Below, one piece after another: positions 1-29,760 of a stretch of 64,000 nt of DNA. The stretch covers positions 3,348,001-3,412,000 of the forward strand of contig OZ218951.1 in assembly GCA_965112735.1 (NCBI GenBank), given 5' to 3'. Every line of letters begins with the position of its first letter. The first letter of the stretch is position 1. Under the pieces are notes generated by a model. The model did not search any database. It had not been told where the DNA came from and was given only the letters and a program-made list of their open reading frames with translations. The translations under genes were made by a program, and so were the position numbers. Source of the DNA: Phaeosaccion multiseriatum. Taxonomy: Eukaryota; Protista; Ochrophyta, other classes.

Positions 1-1309
1 CACCCCACTCTGACATTGCCACGCAAACACAGCACAGCCACACACACGCATGGGAGGGACAAGATCGATCGCCAGAAAATGTGAAGTGGAGGGAGAGAGA
101 GAGAGGGGGGGGGGGGGGGGGGGGGGGAGTGCGCGCAGGTGAGACTTGCCGAGCTGCCTTCGGCCCAACAGAAAAGGCATATCATTGATCTCATCCCCCA
201 TCCTCCCTTCCTCCCTCCCTCCAGCCCTCCCTCCCTCCCTCCCTCAATCCCTCCCTCCCTGTCCCTCTCTCTCTTCCTCCCTCCCTCGCTCCCTCCCACC
301 AGCCGCCGGCTGGCTCAGCAGCCACTCAGTCGCTCACCATCATACTCGTGCACAGTGAGCGGCAGAGAGGGATCGAGCATCGTTGTAGCCACGTCCACAA
401 AGGGCGCCTGCACGGTCGAGCGATGGTTGGGTGGTTGTTGTGTGCGTTTGTGGGTCGGCGGTGTGTGTGTGTGTGCGTGCGTGAGACTCTCAGCAGATCC
501 CTTCACTGTCAGTCCCCGAGTCTGTCCCTGACGAGTGCTGATTGATGTTAATGCTGTCAGTGAGCGGGAGCTGCCCTACTGACTCATCCCTCCACCCTCC
601 CTCCCTTCCTTCCTCCCCTCCCTCCCTCCCTTCCTCCCCTCCCTCCCTCTATTACCTCCCTCCCTCCCTCCCTTCTTTCCTCCAAGTACCTTCATGACCA
701 TCGCAGCGAAGAGAGAGTCTCCATGCAAGTTGGCGAGAGCCCCCGCCACGATCCCTCCTGCGGTGCCATGACAAGTTCATGGACACACACATGCACACGC
801 ACATGCACACGCACACACACGCACGCGCGCACACACACAGAGATACACACACAGAGATACACACACACGCAAGTAGGGAGAGGGAGAGGGAGAGTGAGAG
901 AGATGATATGGTGTCCTCTCGCCCCTTTCTGTTGCTTTGCGTCTCTTTTGCATCTCTTGCAGTGTGCTGCTCTGTCTCCCCTCTCCCTCCCTCCCTCCCT
1001 CCCTGCCTGCCTGACAAGGAGCTGAAACGCAACACAAACCTCACACACTTCTTGATACAGCCTCTCTGTGGCCTTTCCCCCTAGCCCCTTACCCATATAC
1101 CACCTGATGATATATATCCTTGACATACCTGCGCTGTGGGTATGCAGGGCCATGAGTGGGGGTGAGGAGTACCCCTTTTCCTTGAGGGCCAAGGCGCACG
1201 CCTCAGCGTCGAGCACTGAGACCCGCTTGGACAGCCCGGTGGCCGCTTGGTGCCAGCCTCGCCCGAGCTCTCCGCCGCCCCGGACGTGTGCAAAGGCAAT
1301 CACCCTGTG

Positions 1310-1346
<37 letters not shown>

Positions 1347-2169
1347 AGGAGCGAGTGAGTGAGTCTATCATGTGTGTGTGTGTGATCTAGGAGCGAGTGA
1401 GTGAGTCTATCGTGTGTGTGTGTGTGTTCTAGGAGCGAGTGAGTGAGTCTATCCGTCGGGCCGCCCTCGGCTGCACAAATCACTCACTCCACAGCAGCAG
1501 TTGGCGATGCAGCAGTCACAGCAGTGTGTGTGTGCAAGACGCGGCGGCTACGTCTCTGTCTGTCCCCCCCCCCCCCCCCTCTCTCTCTCTGTCATCACAG
1601 CTGTCTTTCGTGTCCGCCCACCCACTCCTCCCCTCCCCTACCCCGCCACTTCCCTGCTCCTCCTCTCTCCCCCACCCCCCTCCCCCCTTTCCCCTTCCCC
1701 TTCCTCCTTTCTCCTTCCCCCGCCCCCCCCCACTCACCAGCCGTTCTCCATGAGTGCCCTGTGAAACGCACTATACCCAATCGAAAGGGGGATGCCGTAG
1801 GCCCCATAGCAGCACATGAGTAAGGGGTTCTCGCCGTCCAGTGCCATCCCCTGAGAGTGGCACACAGTCACGGGAATGGCTGTGCCGTCACTGGACTCGG
1901 CCGATATGCGGTGCAAACTGAAGGGAGGGGGGGGGTCGGCAGTGGATGGCAGTCGATGGGGAGGGGTGAGAAACGAAAAACAGAGGAAAGGGTGAGGACA
2001 GAGCTGGCGGGTGGGGAGGGGTGAGAAGAAAAATAGAGCAAAGGGTGAGGACGGAACTGGCGGGTGGGGAGAGAATACTGCCTTGTGGCCCGCCGCGCCT
2101 TCTCTACCGCATATATACGCGAACGCGCATGCGCATGCACATACACACGTGCGCGGGCCGCACATGAAC

Positions 2170-2204
<35 letters not shown>

Positions 2205-5200
2205 CACCTGTACTCTGAAGCGCCTGAGACTGATACAGGCCCTGGGTGAAGCACGCTGCCCATATGACTGTTGCTGCTGCCATCTGTAGTGCTGGTGTCA
2301 GGACTGGGACTGCTGCTGCTGCTGCTGCTGCTGCTACCCATATGACTGGCACTGGAGAGGGCTCTTGTCTCCATATCGTAGTCGAGAATGAGCTCGGCCT
2401 GCACCGGGGAGGAGAGGTGGAAGCGCACAACCCCGCTCTCGAAGTGCTGATTTGCTCCCTGATAGGGGCGTTGGTGATACAGAGGAGGAGCGAGTTTGAG
2501 TTTGAGTTTGAGTTTGAGTTATTGGAATACAGTGTTTTTGTGGCAGCGCAGTGTGGAGACTGAGACTGGTCCATGATGAATGAGAAGAGGGGAGAGAGGG
2601 GGGGGGGGGGAGGGATGGAGGGAGAGAGGGAGAGGAAGAGGGACAAGGAGAGAAGTCCCTCATTCACTCACTCACTCACTCACTCACTCACTCACTCACT
2701 CACTCACTCACTCACTCTCTCCCTCACTCACTCACTCACTCACTCACTCACTCACGCACTCACTCACTCTCTCCCTCACTTACTCACTCACTCACTCACT
2801 CACTCACTCTCTCCCTCATTCACTCACTCACTCACTCACTCACTCACTCACTCTCTCCCTCACTCATTCACTCACTCACTCACTCACTCACTCACTCACT
2901 CACTCTCTCCCTCACTCACTCACTCACTCACTCACTCACGCACTCACTCACTCTCTCCCTCACTTACTCACTCACTCACTCACTCACTCTCTCTCTCCCT
3001 CATTCACTCACTCACTCACTCACTCACTCACTCTCTCCCTCACTCACTCACTCACTCACTCACTTACTCACTCACTCACTCACTCACTCTCTCACTCACT
3101 CACTCACTCACTCACTCACTCACTCACCCACTCCTCACTCACTCACGCACTGACTCTCTCACTCACTCACTCACTCACTCACTCTCTCACTCACTCACTC
3201 ACTCACTCACTCTCTCACTCACTCACCCACTCCTCACTCACTCACTCACTCACTCACTCACTCACCGGAAGGAGCTCTGAGTGCACCAGATGCGGAGGCA
3301 GCTCCACCACATGTTGGGAAAGAGGGGGAGGAGGTGGTGGTGGAGCAGGAGAAGCCCTGCCTACCCCTACCGCTGTCTCTGACCCACTCGTCACGCCCTT
3401 CTTCTGCTCTCCTCGACCGCCACTTTCTCTTTCTTGTGCGCCGTCCCCCTCCGTGCCTGCCCTCCCTCCTACAAGGTCCAACACTCTCAACTGAGGCAGA
3501 CCTGTGGAGAGCGACGTCTCGTATAACACGAGGTGGCGGGCGAACACGTCCATATCCGACACTGCGGCACCACCTCCACCCCCACCTTCCTCAGGCTGAT
3601 CAAGCACACTGAACCACTCCTCCTCCTCCTCTTCCTCCTCCTCCTCCTTCTTCTTCTTCTTCCTCTTCTTCTTCTGCCCATCCATGCGCCCCCCTCTTCC
3701 GCCTGCTGCTGCTGCTGCGGCGGCGGCGGCGGCAGCTTTCCCGGTGGAAGCCAAACGAACACCAGGGAGGCTGGTCCTCACCAGGCGGTACTCCGACACC
3801 GCACAATTCTCTCCTCCTTGTGAGGCAGAGGCAGAAGCAGAGGCAGAGGCAGACTTTGTCGTGTTTACAAGCAGTGATCTTTTCCGTTTCTCCCCCTCTG
3901 AGCCGCCGCCGCCGCTGCTGCTGCTACTGCTGCTGCTGATGCTGATGCTGCTCTCCTTCTCATTGGTGACGATGAAGAGCTGGTCCCTCCACCTCTCTAC
4001 AAAGTATTGCACCCCTGCACGCCGCCGTCGGACACACACGCACACGCACGGAGGAGGAGGGCTGCCGGTCATACTTGGTGATAGAACAGCAGCAGCAGCA
4101 CCAGCATCAGCATCAGCACCATCATCGGAAGGAGGGGGAAGCATCAGGTGCACCTGTGCGGCGCGGGAGGGGAGTGGCAGACACGACGACAAGAAAAGGT
4201 GGGAGGTGGGAGGTGGGGGCATCACGAGGAGACAGGCAACAGGCAGGCCAGAGACGAGAACGGGCACGTTGCTAGATACTTCCAAGATATATATATCTTT
4301 CGGCACCACGAGAGGCAACAAGAGCGGCGCTTAGTAAGATAAGATAAGATAAGATAAGGAAAGAGGCGGGTGGAGCAGCGTCACGAGATGAAGATGGAAG
4401 GTTCTAACAGGAGGTGGGAGGCGGGAGGAGGCGGGAGGCTGCTGGAAAGGAAGGGTGGTATCCAATCCACCAAGGAAGTTCAAAGGAAGGGTGGTATCCA
4501 ATCCACCAAGAGTTCATCAAGAGACCCCTCCCCCCCCCCCCAAACGCAAGCAAGCAAGTTATTGATCAAGCAAGCAAGTTATTGATCAAGCAAGCAAGTT
4601 ATTGATCAAGCAAGCAAGGCCAGCAAAGCCCCCCCCTGCCCCATCTCCCCTTCCCCTTCCCCTTCCCCTCCCCTCCCCACCCCACCCGATCCCACCCCAC
4701 CGTACCCTACTTGGCTGTGGTCCTCGCCCTCGCCACTCCCTGCCCTCCCCACCCCTTCCCCCCCCCAGCCTACCTCGCTGCAGCTCTTGGAGTGCGCATT
4801 AATGACTACAATGCTCCTGTCCTTGGTGCTGCTCACGTCCACGAAGAAGGCTGGGTCGTCCTGAGTTCCATGGGGGGGGGGGCAGAGGCAAGTACGGCAG
4901 TGAATGAATGATGAATGGATGAGTGAGTGAGTGAGTGAGTGAGTGAGTGCGTGCGTGAGTAAGTGAGTGAGTGAGTGAGTGAGTGAGTGAGTGAGTGAGT
5001 GAGTGAGTGAGTGAGTGAATGAGTGAGTGAGTGAGTGAGTGAGTGAGTGCATGAGTGAGTAAGTGAGTGAGTGAGTGAATGAGTGAGTCAGTGAGTGAGT
5101 GAGTAAGTGAGTGAGTGAGTGAGTGAGTGAGTGAGTGAGTGAGTGAGTGAGTGAGTGGGTGAGTGAGTGAGTGAGTGAGTGAGTGGGTGAGAGTGGTGCC

Positions 5201-5304
5201 TTGGAGGGGGGAAGGGAGCAATGAATCATCCGCGCCACCTCAGAGAGATCGAGGCAACAGCAGCAGCAACAACAACAACAACTACAACAACTACAACAAC
5301 AACA

Positions 5305-5350
<46 letters not shown>

Positions 5351-5717
5351 CTGCTCCCCCCCTGCTCCGAGTGGTCTTGCGTGTCTCAGAGCTCTGCCTA
5401 TCTACAATACATGCCTAGGCAGGCAGGATGTGTCCCTTCTTCCGGCACCCCTCCTTCCAGCGTTGCCTTATACAACACACACACACAAAGCGAAGCAGCC
5501 CATCGCCCCCCTGGGCACACCGCCCAACACGAGGACTCATTCATCCCCTCCCTCACCTCTCGATACACCTCCTCGGGCTCGCCAACGAAACCACCACCTC
5601 GCTCCTCCTCATCATCATCATCATCGGCGGTGGGAGAGGCGTCAGGCCACACACTCATCCTCAAGACCTTCGAAGGCCTGCCGATGTCATCCATGACAGT
5701 ATAGTAGAGGGGGTAGC

Positions 5718-5751
<34 letters not shown>

Positions 5752-8202
5752 GGTGGTGGTGGTACTGCTGCTGGTGCTGCTGTTGCTGCTGTTGACGCTG
5801 TTCCTGCCCCCCTTCTCTGCCTCTCCCCACTCCACACCCTTCACCCTGCCCATTGGTCCCACCTGGGGCATACATGCAGTTGTTACAAAGTCGTACGTAA
5901 GCACACGTAGGGCAGAAAGGAAAGAAATGGCCATGGCAAAAGAGAGAGAGAGAGTTGAGCGGGATCAAATCTTCGACGGATGGATGTGTGTATAGGTGGA
6001 GGTCTCACTCTCCTCACCCCACAGAAGAAGTACCAGATGGTACCAGGTAGAACCTGGCGCTCGCAGGGCTTTGGAACACGCTAAAGAAGAGGAGCCCTGC
6101 ACTGCACTGCACTGCACTGCACTGCACTGCACTATTGGATGAGCAAGAGTGCTCTCTCTCCCTCGTTCTCTCTCTCTCGCGTCCTCCGCCAATTCTCCCC
6201 TCCCACTTACTGACTTACCCTGCTCACTCACTCACCCACTCACTCACTCACTCACTCACTCACTCACTCACTCACTCACTCACTCACCCACTCACTATCT
6301 CACCCACTCACTCACTCACTCACTCACTCACTCACCCACTCACTACCTCACTCACTCACTCACTCACTCACTCACTCACTGACTCACCTGCAGTGAGACG
6401 ATGACCGGTCTACCTTCTCGGTCCTTCCTCTCGAGGTCCAGGAGCGCCAGACTGTATCCCCCTGTACTCCCCCCTCCTTCTCCTCCTGCCCCGCCCGCCC
6501 CCGGGCTGGTGTCGCTGCTGCCGCCCACCATCTGCTGCCCTGGTGGCAACATGGCGGTTCCATTTCCACTGCCATCCTCCTCGTGCTCTGCCCCTGTGTC
6601 TAGCGCGAGAGCCAGCATGCGGCCATCAGGGGACAGCTTCATACCCCCCAGGGATATCGTCCTGACACCAGCGAGCTCCGCGAGCCACGGCAAGTCCACC
6701 ACCTAACCGTGACGTGACAATGTCATGACAGTGACGTGACAGCGACATGACAGTGGTATGAGATGATAAGATGACAGGTGACGGGGCATGAGGGCAAGAG
6801 CGAGTGTATGACCAGCGACAGGGAGAGGGGTGGTAGGCACTCACTCCACACGTTCAGTTTCTTAGGTGATTCCCTATTAAGTCAATGAATCACTCACCAG
6901 CTCCTCCCGTCGCCTGTCTCCGGGAGGGTCAGCGCTCGGGCGTCGAAAGAATCGCATCGCCTCCCTCCTCTCCTCCCCGCTCTCCCCGCCCTCCCCACTC
7001 TCCCCGCTGCCACCGCTGCTGTTTAGGGGGGAGGAGGGCTGGGTTAGCAGTGGTGAGGAGTGGGAACAGTGCGTGCCAGTCATCGACAGGCAGGTAGGCA
7101 GGCAGACAGGCAGGCAGACAGGCAGACAGGCAGGCAGACTGACTGACACAGCACAGAGGGACAGACAGACAGACATAGATAGGCAGACAAGCCAAGACAG
7201 GCAAGACGAGCAGCAGGGACGAGACCAGGCTAATGCTGAGGTCATTGATCGTGTGCGGTGGGCACGGCGCACTGTTTGCCTCTGCATGTCAAGCCCCGCC
7301 CACCTTGTACATGTACTACATGCCTCACAAGCACTCTCTCTCCCTCTCTCCCTCCCACACACACCCTCTCCAGGGGCTGTTCCTCCAGTGAGGTGACGCA
7401 AAGAGAGACAGTTACACTTCCCTTTAATGCCTGTCGCCAGTCCATTCCACTCCAAGGGAAGCAGAGCCAGACACACAGGTAGTAACATGCAGGGCAAGGG
7501 AAGCAGAGTCGGAGCATCATACCCTGCCTACCTGAAGCCCTCGGTTTTGGAGTAGTACAGCCACGCCCCGTAGCGCTCTTCGACAACCGCTGTCGGCGGG
7601 GCATCGGGGGGGGGAGGCAAAGCAGCATCGCCACCCATGTCCAACGCTGCTGCTGCTGCTGCTGCTGCCCCATTGTCGCTGTTGTGACCGCTGTGCCTCA
7701 GCATGGCCTCGAAGAAGTGGCCATGGATGTCCTCAAGGGGGCCCAAGTGAAACATGGTGTTCTCCGTCTCTCTCTGCGAAAGGAGGCGAAGCAAAATCGC
7801 CCATGCGGAGCAGAGTAGAGCAGGAGTGGCAGAGAGAGACGAGCATGAGGAGGGGGAGGAGTATGCATGCACGCACCACACCCAGGAATGGGGATGAGAG
7901 ATCGGATCGGACTCGGTGGAGTCACAGGAGCACCAGTAGCAGAAGCAGCCGCAGCTCTTCTCCCCACAGGACTCACTCACCTGGACAAAGTCTCGCACAC
8001 GCATACTGTCCCGTCGCCGCATCCACGCCCACTTGTCGTCCTTAGAGCCGTGCTTTTTAAGACTTCTACTCTTTCCCCCCGTCCTTCTGCGACTCCTGCT
8101 GCTCAATGCGCGGGCAGGAATCGACGGACACAGGAGAGGCGAGCCTGGCCAGCTTGGGGAAGGGTAAGAGTTGACGCTTCGCCGATGCATCAGTGGCCGC
8201 AT
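1..8202 (-). CDS. S9A prolyl oligopeptidase family protein (oligopeptidase B/PREPL-like), multi-exon, 3' end runs off the window
   Basis: About 13 GT-AG exons join into ERYGAWLYYSK, MKLSPDGRMLALALD, LYYTVMDDIGRPSKVLR, DDPAFFVDVSSTKD, GANQHFESGVVRFHLSSPV, AESSDGTAIPVTV..LLMCCYGAYG, VIAFAHVRGGGELGRGWH, HTHSAG|GIVAGALAN, APFVDVATTMLDPSLPLTVHEYD|EWG (last exon starts at base 9). The ATG at 8202 opens an Arg/Ser-rich, mitochondrial-like presequence. Confidence 0.9.
2663..3264 (-). repeat. (GTGA)n microsatellite extending from a GTGAGT donor
   Basis: The + strand reads (CTCA)n. On the gene's sense strand it continues the donor CCG|GTGAGTGAGT. Confidence 0.9.
4919..5190 (+). repeat. (GAGT)n microsatellite, reading (CTCA)n in sense near the intron 3' end
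   Basis: Directly visible. Confidence 0.9.
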
Positions 8203-8534
8203 GCTTTCGACGGACACAACAGAGAGAGGTGGACATGGTCAGAAGAAAAGTCACTTTGTGTCAGCAAGGGGAGCCGTCGAGGACACACCATCTTCCCAAC
8301 CTCACCTCCTCTGTGCAAAGGCCTCAAGGCGCCGCAGCCCGGGTCTCCACATGATCCCACGTCAAGATCGGCTGATTAGTAGGGGATTATGATAATGGAC
8401 TAAGATAGTAGGCGTGTTGGTGATAGAATTCACAGATGGAGAGGCTCTTGTTTGAAATTTGAAAAGTCAGAGATTGATTGGTGCAGATTAATAGCACGGA
8501 GCCCCCCCTTACCCTACAGCGCCACAACATCACC

Positions 8535-10189
8535 ATGCAGCGAGCCTTTTGTATCGAGGTAGGGGAGATGTGTGGACAGGGACGTACACCAGCTTGCAAA
8601 CCAGTACTCACTCTACCACCCCTCGTTTTCTCCCCCTTTCCTTGTCTTTGTCTCAGGCTACTCGCCTTGAGCAATCCATTGTCGGTGGCCACAGCATCAA
8701 AAAGGTGACAGCGGCCGTGAGGGCTCTCGTCGCAAAGAGAGGGGGCAGGGGATGCTTGGACGAGCCCCTCGATGGCCAGGCGAGTGTTGCCCTGCACTTA
8801 GCTGTACGCGGGAGGCGGGGTGACGTCCTTGCTCTCTTGCTGCAAGAGGGGGCATCGCCCAACGCTCGAGAGCCTGTCAAGGACAACACGGCCTTGATGA
8901 AGGCATGCGCTATCGCGGATGCTGCTGCTGTACAACAGCTCCTCTCTGCTGGCGCTGACGTTGACAGTAGGACGAAAGGAGGGGAGACGGCTCTGATGAT
9001 AGCGTGCGCGGGAGGGGCTAGTGTGGTAGTGCACAAGCTTCTCTCCGCCGGTGCTACTGTGGACTTGTTTAAAGCTGCTGATGGTTTGACGGCCTTGTGT
9101 TACTCGGCAGAGAGGGGTGATCATGCAGTGGTACCGCAGCTTCTGTCAGCTGGGGCAAAGGTGGATTGGACGAATAAGCACGGGGATACGGCGCTCCAGA
9201 CAGCCTCACGGGGAGGACATATTGAGGTGGTCCAGCAGCTGCTCTCGGTCGGCGCAGAGCTTGACAAAGCAAAGCCAAGTGGTGCTTCGGCCCTGTTTAC
9301 GGCCTCACACTTTGGCCGTCATGTAGTGGTGCAGCACCTACTGTCGGCGGGCGCCAAGGTGGATCAGCCGGGTGTGAACGGGAACACCTCGCTTGTTGCA
9401 GCCTCACGGCAAGGTTATGACAGAGTCACGCAGCTGCTGCTCAACTCGGGGGCAGATGTGAATGTGGAGAACTGCTCTGGATGCTCTCCGCTGTATTTTG
9501 CGAGTGAGGGTGGTCATGGCGCTGTGGTTGCGCAGCTCATCACAGCTGGCGCTGAGCTCGAGAGGCGGAACGGAGACATGGGTATGACGGCGTTGCTTCA
9601 AGCGGCGAAGTGCGGACAGCGAGGTGTTGTACGAAAGCTTCTGAGGGCTGGTGCAGAGGTACATGCACTGAGTGACCCCGGGTTTAGTTCGATACACATC
9701 GCTTCTCAGTGTGGCCACGCTCGTGTCGTGGAGGAGCTCATCGCAGGAGGGGCTGATCCGGAGATGAAGATGACTGAACACGGGGACGTTCCTGTTTTTA
9801 TGGCTGCTTTACAGGGCCATGGGGAGGTCATCCGTGTGCTCCTATCTGCGGGGGCTGATCCTGACAAGGGGTGCGATTCCTTTTCGGAGGCCCCCATAGT
9901 TGGTGCGGCATTTCAGCGCCACAGCGGGGCGGTGCTGGCACTGCTCTCAGGAGGGGCCTCGCTCACAAAGGCTCTTACTGACACTCGAGAATGTGGCGAA
10001 GACGCTGCCAGCACCGCCGCCACTGTTGAATTCCTGCTGGCCGCGGACAGACAGCTCTTTGCGTCGCAGAGTGCATTGGACTTGATGCGGGGCACTGACC
10101 GTCTCTTTGGCAAGGAAGGGAGGCTGAAGGTGTCGCAGAGAGAGGTCAGCCCTGAGGTGCTGCAGGAGGTGGCGGAGGAGATGGCATGA
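8535..10189 (+). CDS. Ankyrin repeat protein (about 12 repeats)
   Basis: Short exon 8535-8558 (MQRAFCIE), GT-AG intron 8559-8656, then one long exon with repeated G.TAL..A...G...VV..LL.AGA.VD units. Confidence 0.9.
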
Positions 10190-10572
10190 TGAAAGGAGCG
10201 ACCGAGGACACGAGGTGGGAATAGCTACTGCAGTACAGTATCGCCTCGAGTGCTGTGCGTTAGTTATAGGTATAGTTAGGCCTCTCCAGTGGAGCATGTT
10301 ATGCTGAGCTTGCTTGCTTGCTTTTTTGAAATGAAACGCTTAAAACCGAATGGTAATGGTATCAAAGCATCAGAGAAGGCGCACATTCCAACTGTCTGTG
10401 GAAAGACAGGAATGGATAAAAAAAAATGTATTTCCCACTGACTACTGTAGCCGTGGGGAGAGTTCAAGAACGATGGGTCATCCATCTCCGAATAGAGTAG
10501 CACGACAGCCCACACGGACAACGTGCCTTCCGAAACAGGCCAGGCCAGGGAGTGAGCGTTAAGCGCCAGTGC

Positions 10573-11003
10573 GGGTAGGGTAGGGTAGGGTAGGGTAGGG
10601 CAGGGCAGGGTAGGGTAGGGTAGGGTAGGGTAGGGTAGGGTAGGGTAGGGTAGGGTAGGGTAGGGTAGGGTAGGGTAGGGTAGGGTAGGGTAGGTAGGGT
10701 AGGGTAGGGTAGGGTAGGGCAGGGTATAAAGTAAGGTAGGCTAGGGTAGGGTAGGGTAGGGTAGGGTAGAGTAGGGTAGGGTTGGGTTGGGTAGGGCAGG
10801 GTAGGGTAGGGTAGGGCAGGGTAGGGTAGGGTAGGGTTGGGTAGGGTAGGGTAGGGTAGGGTAGGGTAGGGTAGGGTAGGGTAGGGTAGGGTAGGGTAGG
10901 GTAGGGTAGGGTAGAGTAGAGTAGGGTAGGGTAGGGTAGGGTAGGGTAGGGTAGGGTAGGGTAGGGTAGGGTAGGGTAGGGTAGGGTAGGGTAGGGTAGG
11001 GTA
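10573..11003 (+). repeat. (TAGGG)n pentanucleotide array, about 85 units, telomere-like and G-quadruplex-prone
   Basis: Directly visible, with occasional CAGGG/TAGAG/TTGGG variants. Lies between the two convergent ankyrin genes. Confidence 0.95.
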
Positions 11004-11013
11004 CGGTAGCAGT

Positions 11014-12953
11014 TCACGAGCCTGTTACGATGGCGCCCTCTCTCGCCTCCCAGGCCCGGTGCTCCTCTGTAAGGGACTCTACCATGGCGGTCCGGAGATA
11101 GGCCTGCACCTCCGCGGATGAGGCCCACGACACAGCTGAGCGCCGCACGAGAGAAGGGGCGAAGGAAGGAAGGAAGGAAGGAAGGAAGAAAGGAAGGAAG
11201 GAATGGGGGAGACGATGAAAGTTTGTTGTCAATTGTTGGGAGGGACACAAAAAGAAAAGCAAGCAGCCAGTGCCTAGTTTGATACCCATGCAGGCACATG
11301 TTTTATCAGCAGGCACATGGGTTATCACCAGAGGACCTAGTCGGTGTCGCCGTCTTTCACTGACTGAAGAACCTCCTCCCTCTCCCTACTCCCTCCCTTT
11401 CTGTCTCTCTCCCCCTCTCTCTCTCTCTCTCTCTCTCTCTCGTTCTCTCTCTCTTCCCCTTCTTACTCTCTCTTCGCTCTTGTTCTCTTCTCTCTTCTCT
11501 CCTCTCTCTCTACTCTCCTCCCTGTCCTCCTCTCTCTGTACTCTTCTCTCTCTCGTCTCTCTCTACCTCTGTCCCTCTCTCTCGTCTCTCTCTCCCTCCC
11601 TCACTCTCTCTCGTTCTTGTACCGCAGAATCGGCCCACTCACTCACCGGGAGCTCCATTGGTGTCTGTCGAGAAGAGGTCCGCGCCTCCTTCTTCTACCA
11701 ACAGCTTGACGGTGGCCAAGTCCCCTAGTTGCGCCGCAAACATGAGAAGACTCATGTGCGAAGATTCGTCAGTAGCAGCAACGGCGTTGGCAGACGCACC
11801 TCCTGTGAGGATGGTCAGAGCGAGCGAGAGGAGAGAGAGAAAGAGGGGTGGGTGGGGTGGAGTGAGGTGGGAATAGATCGGCAAACCCACTCCACGCTGC
11901 CCACAAACCCTGGAAGCAGTAAGTGCCACTATCGGGTCGAGTAGCGGCCCCTCGATTAATGCGGCGGCTGGTCGATATTAACCCATTCAATGTCGATATT
12001 AACCCATTCAATGTCGATATTAACCGAGGTCAATCAAACTGAAAAGCGAAGCACATGTCGGATCTCGCGCTTACCGGCCAGCAGCGCCGCTAGGGTGCCT
12101 CTCCACACCTCGTGGTGCCCGTTCCTTACGGCGAAGAAGGCCGCTGTGAAGCCTCTTTTCACAGCGCGAGCCTCTGTGTCCGCTCCGCGGTGGAGGAGGG
12201 GGCGCAGAGCTTGGGTGTGGGCGTTGGCCGATGCGAGCCTGACGCGAGCGGCGGGGGAGTATACAGGAAAGAGAGAGGGCGGGGAAGGTGGGGAGCATAC
12301 GGACAAGTGGAGAGCAATTGGATAGGGAGGGAGGGGGGAGGGAGGGAATGAGTGGAAGACTGAGTGAGCAAGGGATTCGTGACCTGCAAGCATCACAGGC
12401 TCACGCACGCGGACAGGCAGAGTAGTCGCGACGTACATGAGTGGGGTGTGGCCCTCGAGACCCTCTGTCCAGTCGGGGTCGGCCCCGTGTTGCAGAAGCA
12501 CCGATACCTGAGGAAGGGAGAGAGAGAGAGATTTCTTCAGATGAAACGCTATGGATGGATGGAGCTTCCCAACCCCCTGCCTCTCATGTTAATCAATTGA
12601 TGTGGCTTACTTACCGTGCGAGCATGCCCGAGTGAGGATGCCCATGAAAGTGCGGTCCACCCGTGTCGGTCTGCCTCGTCAACCCTCGCTCCCTCTTGAC
12701 TCAACAGCAGCGCAGATATTGCAGCACAGGCCTGGTCAACCTCGGCAGCGCTCCCCTGTGGGTCCACGCCGCAAAGCATGAGCGCTGTCCTCCCCTCTGC
12801 GTCTCCCCCATCGACTTCCCCTGCCTCGAGAAGCACAGACACGGTATGCACATCGGCCAAGCGCGCTGCTCTATCGAGGGGAGCGTTGCGAGCCCATGCT
12901 GGAGCGCACCCCAGCACCAGAAGCAGCCGCAGGGGAGTACGATAGCAACACAT
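11014..12953 (-). CDS. Ankyrin repeat protein with N-terminal signal peptide, 5 exons
   Basis: MCCYRTPLRLLLVLGCAPAWA leader; GRTALMLC, GWTALSWASSLGH, GHTPLM|LASANAH, GFTAAFFAVRNGH, MSLLMFAAQLGD. GT-AG junctions are in phase; stop at 11014. Confidence 0.85.
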
Positions 12954-13102
12954 CCCTCTGTGCTATGTAGCGCACATCTTTTTATTACGATTTGTTGGTG
13001 AGTGAAATGAAAAATTATCCTGAGCAGTTGACGAGGGACGAGCGGCCATGAAACTGAAACGGAAACTGCGATTCGAATTGCACCCCCCACATCAACACGC
13101 CC

Positions 13103-13133
<31 letters not shown>

Positions 13134-13339
13134 TACAGTAGGAGGAGGAGGAGAAAGGAGAGCATCATATTGACAGGTGTAACGTCAGCTGTCGAAGAAC
13201 ACCGCGTCCATGGAGGCGTGAGGAGAGAAGGAGAGGAGAAGGCGAGTCCGGAAGCCCACACCCGATCCTCCCCCCAAGCAACTCTTTCAAGCAGCCCATC
13301 AACGGTGTTGGAAAGGGGTAGTTCGTGGTCGAGGGCGCC

Positions 13340-29760
<16,421 letters not shown>

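Noticed and set aside
2573-3494. LTHS-repeat ORFs and similar PYPTL, CVCV, HTHT, poly-S/R/L ORFs elsewhere
   Set aside because: Translations of intronic microsatellites.
4446-4617. Short direct repeats (36-bp x2, 20-bp x3); similar at 11971-12025 and 41948-42048
   Set aside because: Ordinary intronic slippage duplications with no TIR, TSD or coding capacity.
10573-11003. True chromosome end
   Set aside because: Flanked by genes on both sides, and the unit is not the TTAGGG-type repeat usual in stramenopiles.
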